The notes: a model not told the origin generated them from the letters alone. DNA of 64,000 nt from Patescibacteria group bacterium (GCA_034002925.1 JAVEZP010000001.1:66523-130522); one strand, 5' to 3'. Shown: positions 7,701 through 16,615, counted from the first letter of the stretch. Numbers and translations: made by a program.

Positions 7701-10645
7701 AGACTGCTACAATCTGTACAAACACCCGTTGGAACAGAGGTATCACAATATTTACCAGAACTAATAGCACAATTACAAGCCTGATCAGAAGCCGCTACAT
7801 CAAAACCACCGCCACTAGCAGGAATAGCACAGCCTGAGCACTGACCTAATCCAGAATTATCTTCACTAGTGTCACTACCACAAGTACCAGAACAAACTAA
7901 TGGAGCACAGCAGTCTCGTGCATCTTGACCAATTTCACAACAACAATCACAACGAGAACTTTCTTCTGACATGCAAATATTATTTTGACAACTAGCACCG
8001 CTAGGACAAAGATTGGCACTAGCACAAACTCCTTGAGTGTCATTGTTCATTTCGCTTTCAAATACATCCATATTAGCAATACAATTTAGTCCATCATCAC
8101 ATAAAGAACAGCTAGATTCGGTAGCGCTAGTACTGCTAACACATCGATTGTTTGATAGTCGCGTCCAGCCACTAGGACAAGAAGTAGGAACTTTAATCTC
8201 CCAATGACTTTGATTATTGTATTCAGAAAATACTTTACAAGTTTGAGGAGCGCTAAAAGCTACACCATTTAAATCATAATTTAAAATTGAATCTAAAGAA
8301 CAAGTATTATTATTTAATACGCACACATCACGTTCACTATCATAGGTACAAGCCTGAGGATTACCAGCACAAGCCGCTACGCTCTCACAACTTGCATCAC
8401 AAGTACCTACGTTTTGCAAACCACCTGAGAAAGGTGAACATAAGCCAGCCGAATTAGGACAAAAAGCACCAACCTGACAAGCGCCTAAAGCTTGAGCCAT
8501 GCCTTCACAGCTATCATAAGGAGTGCTAGTGCTCACACCGCCAAAGCCAGTTGCAAAATCCCATTCAAAAATAGAATTAGGAATAGTAATATAACATTCC
8601 GCTAAAGAAGCCACGCATTGATTTTGTTTATAAGTACCAGCTGGACAGCAAATATCCGCTCCACACTCATTATCAGATTGACAAATGCCTACTTCAAAAT
8701 TGACCACATTGCCCCATTCTCCATTTTTGACCACCCTCACTGGTCCACTGCTAGCTCCAACAGGAACTGATGAATCTATTTTCTGAGCTGATCCATCACT
8801 GACAATAGTTTCTGTATTGTTTTTATTAGGAGTAAAGACTAAGAGAGCGCTGCCATTAATCTCACCAAAATATTCTCCCCACACACTTACTGGCGATGAT
8901 ACTGGCCCGCGAGAAGGAGAAATACGACAAATACTGGTTTTTAAAGATGCTTCCGTATCCACTTGAAATACATTGGGGTTAGCATTTTGAGAATTAATTT
9001 CTCCAGTAGTTAATTCAACCTTGATAGGATAATAACCATTATCTAAAGCAGCTGGTACTTTCACAATAATTTGACGATCTTGCCAAACAGAATCAGAGCA
9101 GACAGCTGGGAATTCATATTCTGCTTCTACTTCACCAAAAAAGACACGTGAAAAACCACGAGCACCACCAAAGCCACTGCCATAAATTGTCACATATTGA
9201 CCAGCTCTACCAACGCTTGGCGAGAAATAACTAATATATGGACCAGCATTAGGATCTACTTCCTTGTCAAAAGTAACATAATTACTTTTTTCTTGATTGC
9301 CATTAATAGTAGCTAACACGAAACTACTTGTTTTTCCTTGGCGCACATTCGGCACAGTAGTCACCCCATCAAGACCAGCTGGATCAATAAAGATAGAATC
9401 CAAACCCCTCACATTACTTTGATAATTACCAAAATAAGCTTCAGCTGAATATAAATTAAAACCTTGATAATTAACCTGTTGGCTAAGGGCGCCAACATTA
9501 GGATTCATTAAACATAAACCTGGTCTAACAATATCATTAACTAAAAAATCCGGTAAAATAGGGCCATTATCATCATTGCTAGTATCAGTATTATTATCAA
9601 CAGTGACTACGCTTAAAGCTCCGCTAATAGCACCACTTGGAACAGCTACAATAATCTGATTATTTGTCCAAGAATTAATACAATTAGGATTAATATTCAC
9701 CGGCTCTACTCCTGTTGTATTATTAGCAAATAATACTTTACTGTTTTGAGGATCATAATTCCCAAAATTAGTACCACTGATAGTAATAAAATTATTAACA
9801 GCACCGTTAGGAATTTCCGTATTACAAGTAGTTACACAATCATCATTATTTAAACAACTCTTATTCTCATCTTCTTCACAAAAACCACCCATAGGACTAA
9901 TCCCTGTAATCACTGGTGGTCCATAACAAGTACAGGTCTCTGTGCTACAACTTAAATATTCAGCACATAGATTATCATCAGCGCTACAAGTCTGACCACT
10001 AGGATCCGCATTACAAGCATCTCCTAAATTGCCTTTAGGCACACATTCGCAAGAGCCTGTATTACAATAACTATCTTCGGCGCACATTTGATCAGCTGCC
10101 TGACAACCAGCCAAAGGACTGCTATCACAATACTGAGGTCCAGTTCCGCCCCCACAATCACTACCTAAACAAGGACCCCAAGAACCTTCAGTACAAGTCA
10201 TAGAACCACCACAACCGCACGACAAAACTTGTCCAGTGGTACAAGTCGAACCTGAGCCGCCTCCACTACCAGTCGCACTAATTAAACGATTTAAAATAAA
10301 AGTAGCAATACCCCAAGCTGATAAAATAATTAAAAGACCAATAATACCATTTTTTAAAATCTTTTTAGCTTGTTCAATTTTTTCTTCTGCTCCGTTAGAA
10401 GTCATCCAAATAAAACCACCCCAAATAATTAAGCCTAAAGCTATCACGCCTAAAAGCAACATAGTGATATTAATGATACGAGCCACTACTGCCCGAGGAT
10501 CTTCAGCGCTAAGAGCAATATTTTCATCAATCACACTAAGTCCAGGATCAAGCTGAGCCTGAGCAGTATAAGCCAGAGAAATGCCAATCAATAACAACAA
10601 AAATATTAAAACTGAACGCTTTATTTTAATGTTAAAATTAAACAC
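4784..10645 (-). CDS. Giant (1953 aa) Cys/Ser/Thr/Asn-rich surface protein with an N-terminal pilin-like two-TM module (VirB2/TrbC-like topology) and a C-terminal FN3-like domain
   Basis: Starts at a GTG (ORF-track start). Signal peptide, then IINITMLLLGVIALGLIIWGGFIWMTSNGAEEKIEQAKKILKNGIIGLLIILSAWGIATFILNRL (two TM helices around a charged loop), then a Gly/Ser linker and ~1800 aa of extracellular sequence. The extracellular part has many CxxC and Cys clusters, a duplicated SP(D/I)(F/D)GYCAYYNCQ motif and an FN3-like C-terminal end. Its N-terminal module is ~70% identical to that of the next gene. Confidence 0.8.
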   Translation of the reverse strand: MFNFNIKIKRSVLIFLLLLIGISLAYTAQAQLDPGLSVIDENIALSAEDPRAVVARIINITMLLLGVIALGLIIWGGFIWMTSNGAEEKIEQAKKILKNGIIGLLIILSAWGIATFILNRLISATGSGGGSGSTCTTGQVLSCGCGGSMTCTEGSWGPCLGSDCGGGTGPQYCDSSPLAGCQAADQMCAEDSYCNTGSCECVPKGNLGDACNADPSGQTCSADDNLCAEYLSCSTETCTCYGPPVITGISPMGGFCEEDENKSCLNNDDCVTTCNTEIPNGAVNNFITISGTNFGNYDPQNSKVLFANNTTGVEPVNINPNCINSWTNNQIIVAVPSGAISGALSVVTVDNNTDTSNDDNGPILPDFLVNDIVRPGLCLMNPNVGALSQQVNYQGFNLYSAEAYFGNYQSNVRGLDSIFIDPAGLDGVTTVPNVRQGKTSSFVLATINGNQEKSNYVTFDKEVDPNAGPYISYFSPSVGRAGQYVTIYGSGFGGARGFSRVFFGEVEAEYEFPAVCSDSVWQDRQIIVKVPAALDNGYYPIKVELTTGEINSQNANPNVFQVDTEASLKTSICRISPSRGPVSSPVSVWGEYFGEINGSALLVFTPNKNNTETIVSDGSAQKIDSSVPVGASSGPVRVVKNGEWGNVVNFEVGICQSDNECGADICCPAGTYKQNQCVASLAECYITIPNSIFEWDFATGFGGVSTSTPYDSCEGMAQALGACQVGAFCPNSAGLCSPFSGGLQNVGTCDASCESVAACAGNPQACTYDSERDVCVLNNNTCSLDSILNYDLNGVAFSAPQTCKVFSEYNNQSHWEIKVPTSCPSGWTRLSNNRCVSSTSATESSCSLCDDGLNCIANMDVFESEMNNDTQGVCASANLCPSGASCQNNICMSEESSRCDCCCEIGQDARDCCAPLVCSGTCGSDTSEDNSGLGQCSGCAIPASGGGFDVAASDQACNCAISSGKYCDTSVPTGVCTDCSSLSRESCLDHSQVCCLDSKGTDTITDDVCVGGSGEDISSDPSSPDFGYCAYYNCQDENGDPSLCAADNPLKIGLFKDISTCDANCEINPGVSFCSQHDGDYSSCSMAADCCYNYSDGTCIGGDSISPIDGYCAYYNCQAAPNETQCNQTPSMVGDYNTISACVYACANSSPSGAGQDCRDLTAIDTCNTSFCSSPFACLNEAGAGGIPGDCGTCCCQVSNPESCAGLGSGDLVCQPNQTPCSGENRGLCCGCSEDLDCGDAVNVGCDSGTCCRARPNIMTDNLVPAHGADNVCRNAAISIPFDQRMDVASLMNNIILLEEKDYGTGVCPSGTFVASLDSSQANNWFKRTINRVLAVVNSVFRKNTFSSSALAHALPSNTKLYCAVPGSVSIQHDGVGTTAEFKPKKMLSAGTKYYLVVKGDETLNSDVGVLSQWMVGMNGQGYLDLNNGLYVEGENITFNNLSFHNSYISSFATLSDQGTNSGVCSVEYVSVAPNSYLFQSTNDDINENDDDVNDSSFDSVSDQDKLFNARAYSADNQLLTPTSGYYWDWDWDLMNNGVAFLADPANLADHQAFVVANQNVVDDSTMMTTAINMDRFSGNSCNSSPTCVCAEPNCLNNCCNAYTDGDGVQTEVPLFVFICQNPWPAVNSGTLNWSPWYDTCEGATGNCANYNYKFYYCRDAGVDGLADDLPAMIDPGLILGANESLVCSEGQSTCSTLGASCGPDRNSDGIGDGFCVWNVLKESYFFKEAAPSVGAITAAIDLADGNSARIEWYGDASLIYNADPNQLGKYRIYYAPENSGTWNFIDVKPTASFEYNDVVTPACTPLSPSAGQNYSCQKVITGLNNNTNYKVKVSAISINQVESALSNEKTVIISDSQAPTIPQNLSALIVNGQRLRFTWQANNDDTLFYRLYHGVNAGQYGQSFDSDNQATSLELDLRQFPAGANYFALTALDASGNESFKSVPTYIVLNVQ

Positions 10646-10727
10646 AAGTTCATTACACAGTAAAGAGTAAAGCTATATTATAGACTTACCAAACAATACT
10701 GTATTTTATTTAACTAATATAAATAAA

Positions 10728-13403
10728 TTAAGGGCAATTACCATCTAAGCCAAGTAAGGCAGTGGGCACACCATTACAACAAGAAGGGTTATTAGCATCG
10801 GCAGCACAATCTAATCCAGCACTAGGTTTAAAACAATTTTGATAAATATCTTTAACGCCAGAACCTAATTGAGTATAATAAGTAACAGATTCGGCTAAAT
10901 TAGTATGCTGCACAAAAACCGAAGTAGTATCTGGTTCACCATCAAGCGGATTAACATCTTTATTCTCTGCTCTTACCCAATAACCTAAAGGCTGATTTGA
11001 TTTGCTAAACAGATTAATCAAGCGATGTTCAAATTGATCTTGGCCGTTATCAATCACGACGCTGCCTGTACGCAAACTATCATTCATCATCAAGGTGTTA
11101 AAATTTATTTGAACTGGCAATAATGTGTCAGCATCAGTAATTCCTAAATCAGGTTTTATAAAAGTAATAACCGGTGGCTCCGTCATCATCTCATCACTAA
11201 TGTGAAAAGTCCAAACATAATTATCTCTTTCGTTAAGCAGTGGATTGTTCTCATTATAAAATTCTAAAGGGCCCTCAGCGAAACTATTACGATTACCATC
11301 GAAGGAATTAGTAGCAGCATCTACTACACCATTTAAATTATTAAAGTCAGCTACCGGATAATTATTTTGATTTTCATCTTGACATACTTGGAAAGAATTG
11401 GATAATCCACAATAACTAAAAGGCGCAAATTGACTACAATCATTATTTGTTTGACACGAATGCAAATCAGCCGCTCTTAAACGCACAGCTAGGTGACTAT
11501 TAGCTGGTAAACAATAAATAGTGTCACCACAAGCATTTTGTCCACAAGCAACATCTGACCTAAATTCAACTGTACGGTACATATTAGATACTGTAAAATC
11601 ACCCGATAAATAATCACCCACACAAACAGAGTTGTCACAGTTATAAGACAAACAATCACTATCTTGTGCACAGCTTGCGTTAGAAGCTAAAGCCGATGCG
11701 GAAGCATTAACTACTTTTATATTTTGACTAACTTCATCAGCACTCCCGGCTATTAACAAAGGATTCACAGCTTCATTAAAATTTAATTGAATAACTGTAT
11801 TCATTGGCCGATCTTGACGATCTTTAGTTTCATTATTTTTTAACAAATCTTGACCACCAGCAAAAGGAGTAATAGCCAAAGTATTAAGATTATTACTAGT
11901 TAAATAAATATTATTACCAGCTGCTCCCGCAACCTTAGCACTTAGATTAACCGTGCCCGCTTCTTTTTCAACATTAATATCTGGATGACCACTAATACTG
12001 GTATAAATAGCAGTCGCTACAATACTAGGAGAACAATTTTGTGGATCGATCACAATATTATTAGCACCTGCATTTTCAGAAAAATTATAAACTTCAGTGC
12101 CAATAGTTAAATTATCAGCTAAGGATACTGGTTGAATTAACACATCCCAAGCACTCCCAGCCTCATGACCTTCCACAAATAAATCAATAAAACCTGGGAA
12201 CGATACGCTATTTCCTTGCCAAGCAGCTGCTCCTAATAATTGACCCTCAGCAAATAATTGTGCCTGACTATTATCCATAATACTTACCACCGATACATTA
12301 GCAAAAGATTGATAATTAGAATCAACGGTAGCAGTTGCATTAAAAGAACCGGCACTAGGGGAAACACTTACCACGCTAGCTGCTTGATAAGTTTGCGGAC
12401 AAGCCTGAACTACAATACTAGCTGTAGCTGGTACTGCAGCACTTATTTGATTAAAAATATCTTTTTCATTATCTGGTAAAGGAAAAATGCCACCCTTTCT
12501 AACCTGAGGAGGCGTTAAATCTAATTGATTGCTAACTTCAAATCCCCAGGTGAAGAAATCATTATTACAAGTTTTAAAAATTGATTCTCCTTCATCAGTT
12601 AACAAGCCATTACTTAAATAAACACTATAATCAGTATTACCATCGCTTTTACCTAATAATTCATTAGGTTTAATAATAAAAGTACGTCTGTCTGAAGATG
12701 CAGAGACACTGGCATTATTTAAATTCAGACTATCGACAGGACAAGAACTGGAATCACAATCATCACCAAAGTCATCACGGAAAATACGAATATTTACCGG
12801 ATTAATTAAACTACACTCACCACCATCACAAGCACAAGCATCGCCAGCTGCATTTTGACAAACACTCTCAAGATCAAGAGCTGTTTTAAAACTAATAATA
12901 ATTGAAGAATTACGAGCTACTTCTTTTTGTCCAGGCTCAGGATATACTCGTTCTATAGTACAAGCACCTAAAGCGCCAGTGCCCTGTAAAGAATTCACAT
13001 TAGCATTATTACCACCATTAAAACCACCGGTTCCGGTCGCTTGCATTAAACGATTTAAAACAAAAGTAACAACACCCCAAGCAGACAAAATAATAATTAA
13101 ACCAATAATAGCGTTACGTAGAATTTTTTTAGCTTGCTCAATTTTATCCTCACTGCCGCCACTAGTCATCCAAATAAAGCCAGAATATATAATCAAAGCT
13201 ACTGCTATTGCCCCTAAAAACAATAAAGCAACATTGATAATTCTGGCAATAATTACTCGCGGATCAGTTGGACTTAAAGCAATCACAGAATCAATTTCAC
13301 TCGTGCCCACATCTAAGCCTTGAGCGAAAACAACTGTTGCCAATGAGATACCTGCCAAAAATACTAGCGAAAAGAGAAAAAAAGATAATAATTTGCGTGA
13401 CAT
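10728..13403 (-). CDS. Large (891 aa) Cys-rich surface protein, paralog of the preceding gene through a shared N-terminal pilin-like two-TM module
   Basis: ATG start. N-terminus MSRKLLSFFLFSLVFLAGISLATVVFAQG...ARIINVALLFLGAIAVALIIYSGFIWMTSGGSEDKIEQAKKILRNAIIGLIIILSAWGVVTFVLNRLMQATG aligns with the 1953-aa protein, then diverges into Cys-rich domains. It is the first gene of the minus-strand block. Confidence 0.8.
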   Translation of the reverse strand: MSRKLLSFFLFSLVFLAGISLATVVFAQGLDVGTSEIDSVIALSPTDPRVIIARIINVALLFLGAIAVALIIYSGFIWMTSGGSEDKIEQAKKILRNAIIGLIIILSAWGVVTFVLNRLMQATGTGGFNGGNNANVNSLQGTGALGACTIERVYPEPGQKEVARNSSIIISFKTALDLESVCQNAAGDACACDGGECSLINPVNIRIFRDDFGDDCDSSSCPVDSLNLNNASVSASSDRRTFIIKPNELLGKSDGNTDYSVYLSNGLLTDEGESIFKTCNNDFFTWGFEVSNQLDLTPPQVRKGGIFPLPDNEKDIFNQISAAVPATASIVVQACPQTYQAASVVSVSPSAGSFNATATVDSNYQSFANVSVVSIMDNSQAQLFAEGQLLGAAAWQGNSVSFPGFIDLFVEGHEAGSAWDVLIQPVSLADNLTIGTEVYNFSENAGANNIVIDPQNCSPSIVATAIYTSISGHPDINVEKEAGTVNLSAKVAGAAGNNIYLTSNNLNTLAITPFAGGQDLLKNNETKDRQDRPMNTVIQLNFNEAVNPLLIAGSADEVSQNIKVVNASASALASNASCAQDSDCLSYNCDNSVCVGDYLSGDFTVSNMYRTVEFRSDVACGQNACGDTIYCLPANSHLAVRLRAADLHSCQTNNDCSQFAPFSYCGLSNSFQVCQDENQNNYPVADFNNLNGVVDAATNSFDGNRNSFAEGPLEFYNENNPLLNERDNYVWTFHISDEMMTEPPVITFIKPDLGITDADTLLPVQINFNTLMMNDSLRTGSVVIDNGQDQFEHRLINLFSKSNQPLGYWVRAENKDVNPLDGEPDTTSVFVQHTNLAESVTYYTQLGSGVKDIYQNCFKPSAGLDCAADANNPSCCNGVPTALLGLDGNCP

Positions 13404-13417
13404 TTTATTTCTTTTAT

Positions 13418-13466
13418 ACCATGAAACATGGTATAATTTATTAGCTAAATAGACGACTTTATTATA
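13418..13466. promoter_or_regulatory. Divergent promoter region: palindrome TACCATGAAACATGGTA overlapping a plus-strand TGgTATAAT (toward rel) and a minus-strand TGaTATAAT (toward the surface-protein block)
   Basis: Perfect inverted repeat at 13418-13434. Plus-strand tggtataat at 13429-13437. On the minus strand, attatatca at 13461-13469 reads tgatataat, an extended -10. No clear -35 on either side. Confidence 0.35.
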
Positions 13467-13495
13467 TCATAAAATGACAAATTTGAAAAAACATT

Positions 13496-14971
13496 ATGAC
13501 CATTGAGCGTATCATCAAAAAATTTCAAGAAAATCATCCAGAGCAAGATGCTACGATGCTATATTTGGCCTATGAATTTGCTGCGGCTGCTCATGCTGGT
13601 CAAAAAAGAAAAACAGGAGAACCATATATTCAACACCCCCTACACACTGCTTATATTTTAGCAGAAATAAAAGCTGATTTACCAACTATTATAGCTGGTT
13701 TGCTCCATGATGTACCAGAAGATACTAATCGAACTCTAGAAGAAGTAAAAGAAAATTTTGGTGAAGAAATAGGTAATTTAGTGGCAGGCATTACTAAATT
13801 AGGCAAAATTAAATACCGTGGCATTGAGCGCTATCGTGAAAATTTAAAAAAAATGTTTCTAGCTATGACTGGAGACATTAGAATTATTTTTATTAAATTT
13901 TGTGATCGTTTACACAATCTTAGAACTCTAGAAGCTTTGCCGCCAGAAAAACAAAAAAGGATTGCCCAGGAAACCTTAGAAATCTATGCTCCAATTGCAG
14001 GTATGTTAGGTATTTGGCGCTTAAAGTGGCAATTAGAAGACTTATGCTTTAAATATTTACACCCTGATAAATTTGAAGAGTTAGAAAATGAATATGAGGT
14101 AGAAAAAAAAGCAGCTCGTAATCAACACTTTCAAAAAATAAAAAATCAATTAATTCCTCGTCTTCAAGAAGTTAATTTAAATTATGAAATTGAAGCACGT
14201 TTTAAACACCTATACAGTATTTATCAAAAAATGCAACGCAAAGATCGAAAATTCGATGAAATCTATGACGTCTTTGCTCTGCGTATAATAGTTCCCAGTG
14301 TTGATGACTGTTATAAAGCCCTGGGCGTAATTCATACCCTATGGAAACCTAAGCCAAATCGTTTTAAAGATTATATTGCTGTCCCTAAACCTAACGGCTA
14401 CCGCTCTCTGCACACCACTATTTTTGGACCAGATGGTAAAGCGACAGAATTCCAAATTAGAACGACCGAAATGCATGAAGAATCTTTATACGGTTTAGCG
14501 GCTCATTGGTATTATAAAGCAAAGGGATCAAAAGATTTGCAACCACACTGGGTAAAAGAAATCATTGATATTCAAAAAGAAATTTCTGACACTCAAGAAT
14601 TAATTAAAAATATTAAACTAGATATTTTTAATGACCGCATCTTTGTATTCTCGCCAAAAGGAGATGTGTTTGAGTTACCAGAAAAATCAACTCCCATTGA
14701 TTTTGCTTATGCTGTACATACTAAAATTGGTAATCAAGCGACTGGCGCTATTATCAATGAAAAATTAGCTAAACTAGACCATGAATTAAAAAATGGCGAT
14801 TTAGTTGAAATTATTACTGACAAAGGACGCTTATACCCTAATCGAGATTGGTTGAAATTTGCTAAAACCCGCAGAGCTCGAGATCGTATTAAACAATTTG
14901 CTAAAAAAAGCCCCCTAGAAAACATCAAACGTTTTTTACCAAACATCAAAAAAGATAAAAAATATAACTAA
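13496..14971 (+). CDS. rel: Truncated long-RSH (p)ppGpp synthetase/hydrolase (HD + synthetase + TGS domains, no C-terminal regulatory half)
   Basis: HD motif (HAGQKRKTGEPYIQHPLHTAYILAEI...LLHDVPEDT). Synthetase motifs (DVFALRIIV, YRSLHTTIFGPDGKATEFQIRTTEMHEESLYGLAAHWYYK). TGS domain (IFVFSPKGDVFELPEKSTPIDFAYAVHTKIGNQATGAIINEKLAKL...GDLVEIIT). Ends ~40 aa after TGS at 491 aa. Confidence 0.85.
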   Translation: MTIERIIKKFQENHPEQDATMLYLAYEFAAAAHAGQKRKTGEPYIQHPLHTAYILAEIKADLPTIIAGLLHDVPEDTNRTLEEVKENFGEEIGNLVAGITKLGKIKYRGIERYRENLKKMFLAMTGDIRIIFIKFCDRLHNLRTLEALPPEKQKRIAQETLEIYAPIAGMLGIWRLKWQLEDLCFKYLHPDKFEELENEYEVEKKAARNQHFQKIKNQLIPRLQEVNLNYEIEARFKHLYSIYQKMQRKDRKFDEIYDVFALRIIVPSVDDCYKALGVIHTLWKPKPNRFKDYIAVPKPNGYRSLHTTIFGPDGKATEFQIRTTEMHEESLYGLAAHWYYKAKGSKDLQPHWVKEIIDIQKEISDTQELIKNIKLDIFNDRIFVFSPKGDVFELPEKSTPIDFAYAVHTKIGNQATGAIINEKLAKLDHELKNGDLVEIITDKGRLYPNRDWLKFAKTRRARDRIKQFAKKSPLENIKRFLPNIKKDKKYN

Positions 14972-14988
14972 CAACATGCTTAACAAAA

Positions 14989-15016
14989 AATCGACCCTGA
15001 GGGTCGATTTTTTATC
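14989..15016. terminator. Bidirectional rho-independent terminator between rel (+) and rpsU (-)
   Basis: Hairpin atcgaccc-tga-gggtcgat with an A-run on the 5' side and a T-run on the 3' side. Confidence 0.7.
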
Positions 15017-15019
15017 ATC

Positions 15020-15250
15020 TTATCTACCTTGAGATTCTTCTAATTTACCAGTTCTACGTAAATATTCTTTTTCTTTACTCAAAGCCATGCTGTTTAAAGC
15101 ATAAATCTTTTGTTGTCTTTTGCTTTTTTTAGGCTCTAAGTGTTGCTTTGATCTGGCTTTTTCCAGTCTTTTGCTGTTACGTAATCCTTTTTTGAACTTA
15201 CGCAGAAAACCTTCAAAACTTTCACCAGGCTTGCGTTTAAAATCAGCCAT
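15020..15250 (-). CDS. rpsU: 30S ribosomal protein S21
   Basis: 76 aa, very basic. The FEGFLRKFKKGLRNSKRLEKARSKQHLEPKKSKRQQK pattern matches S21 family architecture. Confidence 0.6.
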   Translation of the reverse strand: MADFKRKPGESFEGFLRKFKKGLRNSKRLEKARSKQHLEPKKSKRQQKIYALNSMALSKEKEYLRRTGKLEESQGR

Positions 15251-16601
15251 AAATTACACCTTCCTTTCTATTTACTTTTTTTCTTAATTTTTCTTTAATT
15301 TTTTTAAAAGCTACTGTCTCCTGAACACCGGACTCCATATCTCTCATCATAATAGTTTCATCCATCACTTCTTTTTTTCCTAAAATTAAACTAACTTTTG
15401 CTTTTAATCTACTAGCTTCTTCCATCTGAACTTTTAAACTATCAGTGGAAAAAGATTGACGAATATTAAAACCTTCTAATCGCAACTCTTCAAATAATAT
15501 CAAAGATTTAATTTTAGCTTGATCGCCTAATTGAGCTAAAAAAATCATTTCTTCTGGAGATTCAGGAATTATCATTTTATCTTTTGCTTTAACCAGTACT
15601 CTTTCAAGACCAACTGCCACACCTACTGCTGGTGTCGCTTTACCACCTAAACTTTCAACTAAATTGTCATAACGACCGCCACCCGCTAAAGCTAACCTTG
15701 GTTGTACTGTCCCATCATCTTGCATTGGCCAAAATTCAAACACAGTATCATTATAATAATTCAAACCACGCACAAGATAAGGATTAAAATTATAAGTAAT
15801 ATTTAATTCATCTAAATATTCTAAAACTTTAGCAAAATGTTCTCTGCTTTCATCAGACAAACAATCAGCAATCTGAGGAACCTCACTTAATAATTCTTGA
15901 CAAGCATCCTCTTTACAATCTAATAAAGCCAAAATATGACCGGTAATATTTTTCTTACAATTATTACATAATTTAGAACGACGCCCCCTTTCTTTATAAA
16001 AATGTAATAATTTAGCATTATATTCTTTCCGACAATCTGCTTTACCTAAACTATTAATTTGAATTTGGAACGAAATATTCAAATCCTTAAAAAAATTATG
16101 TACAGAAGCAATTAATAAAGCCTCAGCCATTGGCTTGTCCTCGCCAATAACCTCTAAATTAAACTGAGTAGATTCACGATATCTTCCATTCTGCATTTTT
16201 TCTTTACGAAAAACAGGGCCAATAGAATATAATCTTACTGGTTGGGGTAGCTCTGCAAAATTATTTTCAATATAAGTACGAACAATACCTTGAGTAATTT
16301 CTGGTCTTAAAACTGCTTTTTCTCCTTTTTCGCACTCTACATAATATAACTCTTTGTCATTATTATGACGCGTAGATTTTTTATATAAATCAGCACTTTC
16401 AATAATCGGAGTTTTAATGGCATGAAAACTATATAAATCCGCAAACGAAGAAGCTTTGTCTAATAAAGCTTTAAAATAACGATTCTCTACTGGATTAATA
16501 TCTTTCATGCCTAAAATACGCTCAAAAGAACGAGCGCTTTTACGTTCTGGAGCTTTCTTTACAACAGGATTTTTGTAAGCCACGTTTTTCTTAACAGGCA
16601 T
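15243..16601 (-). CDS. hisS: Histidyl-tRNA synthetase
   Basis: Class II motifs: GPVFRKEKMQNGRYRESTQFNLEVIG and GGGRYDNLVESLGGKATPAVGVAVGLERV. Confidence 0.9.
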   Translation of the reverse strand: MPVKKNVAYKNPVVKKAPERKSARSFERILGMKDINPVENRYFKALLDKASSFADLYSFHAIKTPIIESADLYKKSTRHNNDKELYYVECEKGEKAVLRPEITQGIVRTYIENNFAELPQPVRLYSIGPVFRKEKMQNGRYRESTQFNLEVIGEDKPMAEALLIASVHNFFKDLNISFQIQINSLGKADCRKEYNAKLLHFYKERGRRSKLCNNCKKNITGHILALLDCKEDACQELLSEVPQIADCLSDESREHFAKVLEYLDELNITYNFNPYLVRGLNYYNDTVFEFWPMQDDGTVQPRLALAGGGRYDNLVESLGGKATPAVGVAVGLERVLVKAKDKMIIPESPEEMIFLAQLGDQAKIKSLILFEELRLEGFNIRQSFSTDSLKVQMEEASRLKAKVSLILGKKEVMDETIMMRDMESGVQETVAFKKIKEKLRKKVNRKEGVIYG

Positions 16602-16615
16602 ATAAACAATAATTA

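Noticed and set aside
10236-13323. Antisense ORFs 10236..10556+ and 12979..13323+ with mutually similar translations
   Set aside because: They mirror the two paralogous pilin-like N-terminal modules encoded on the opposite strand. The similarity is a by-product of that paralogy, not an independent gene family.
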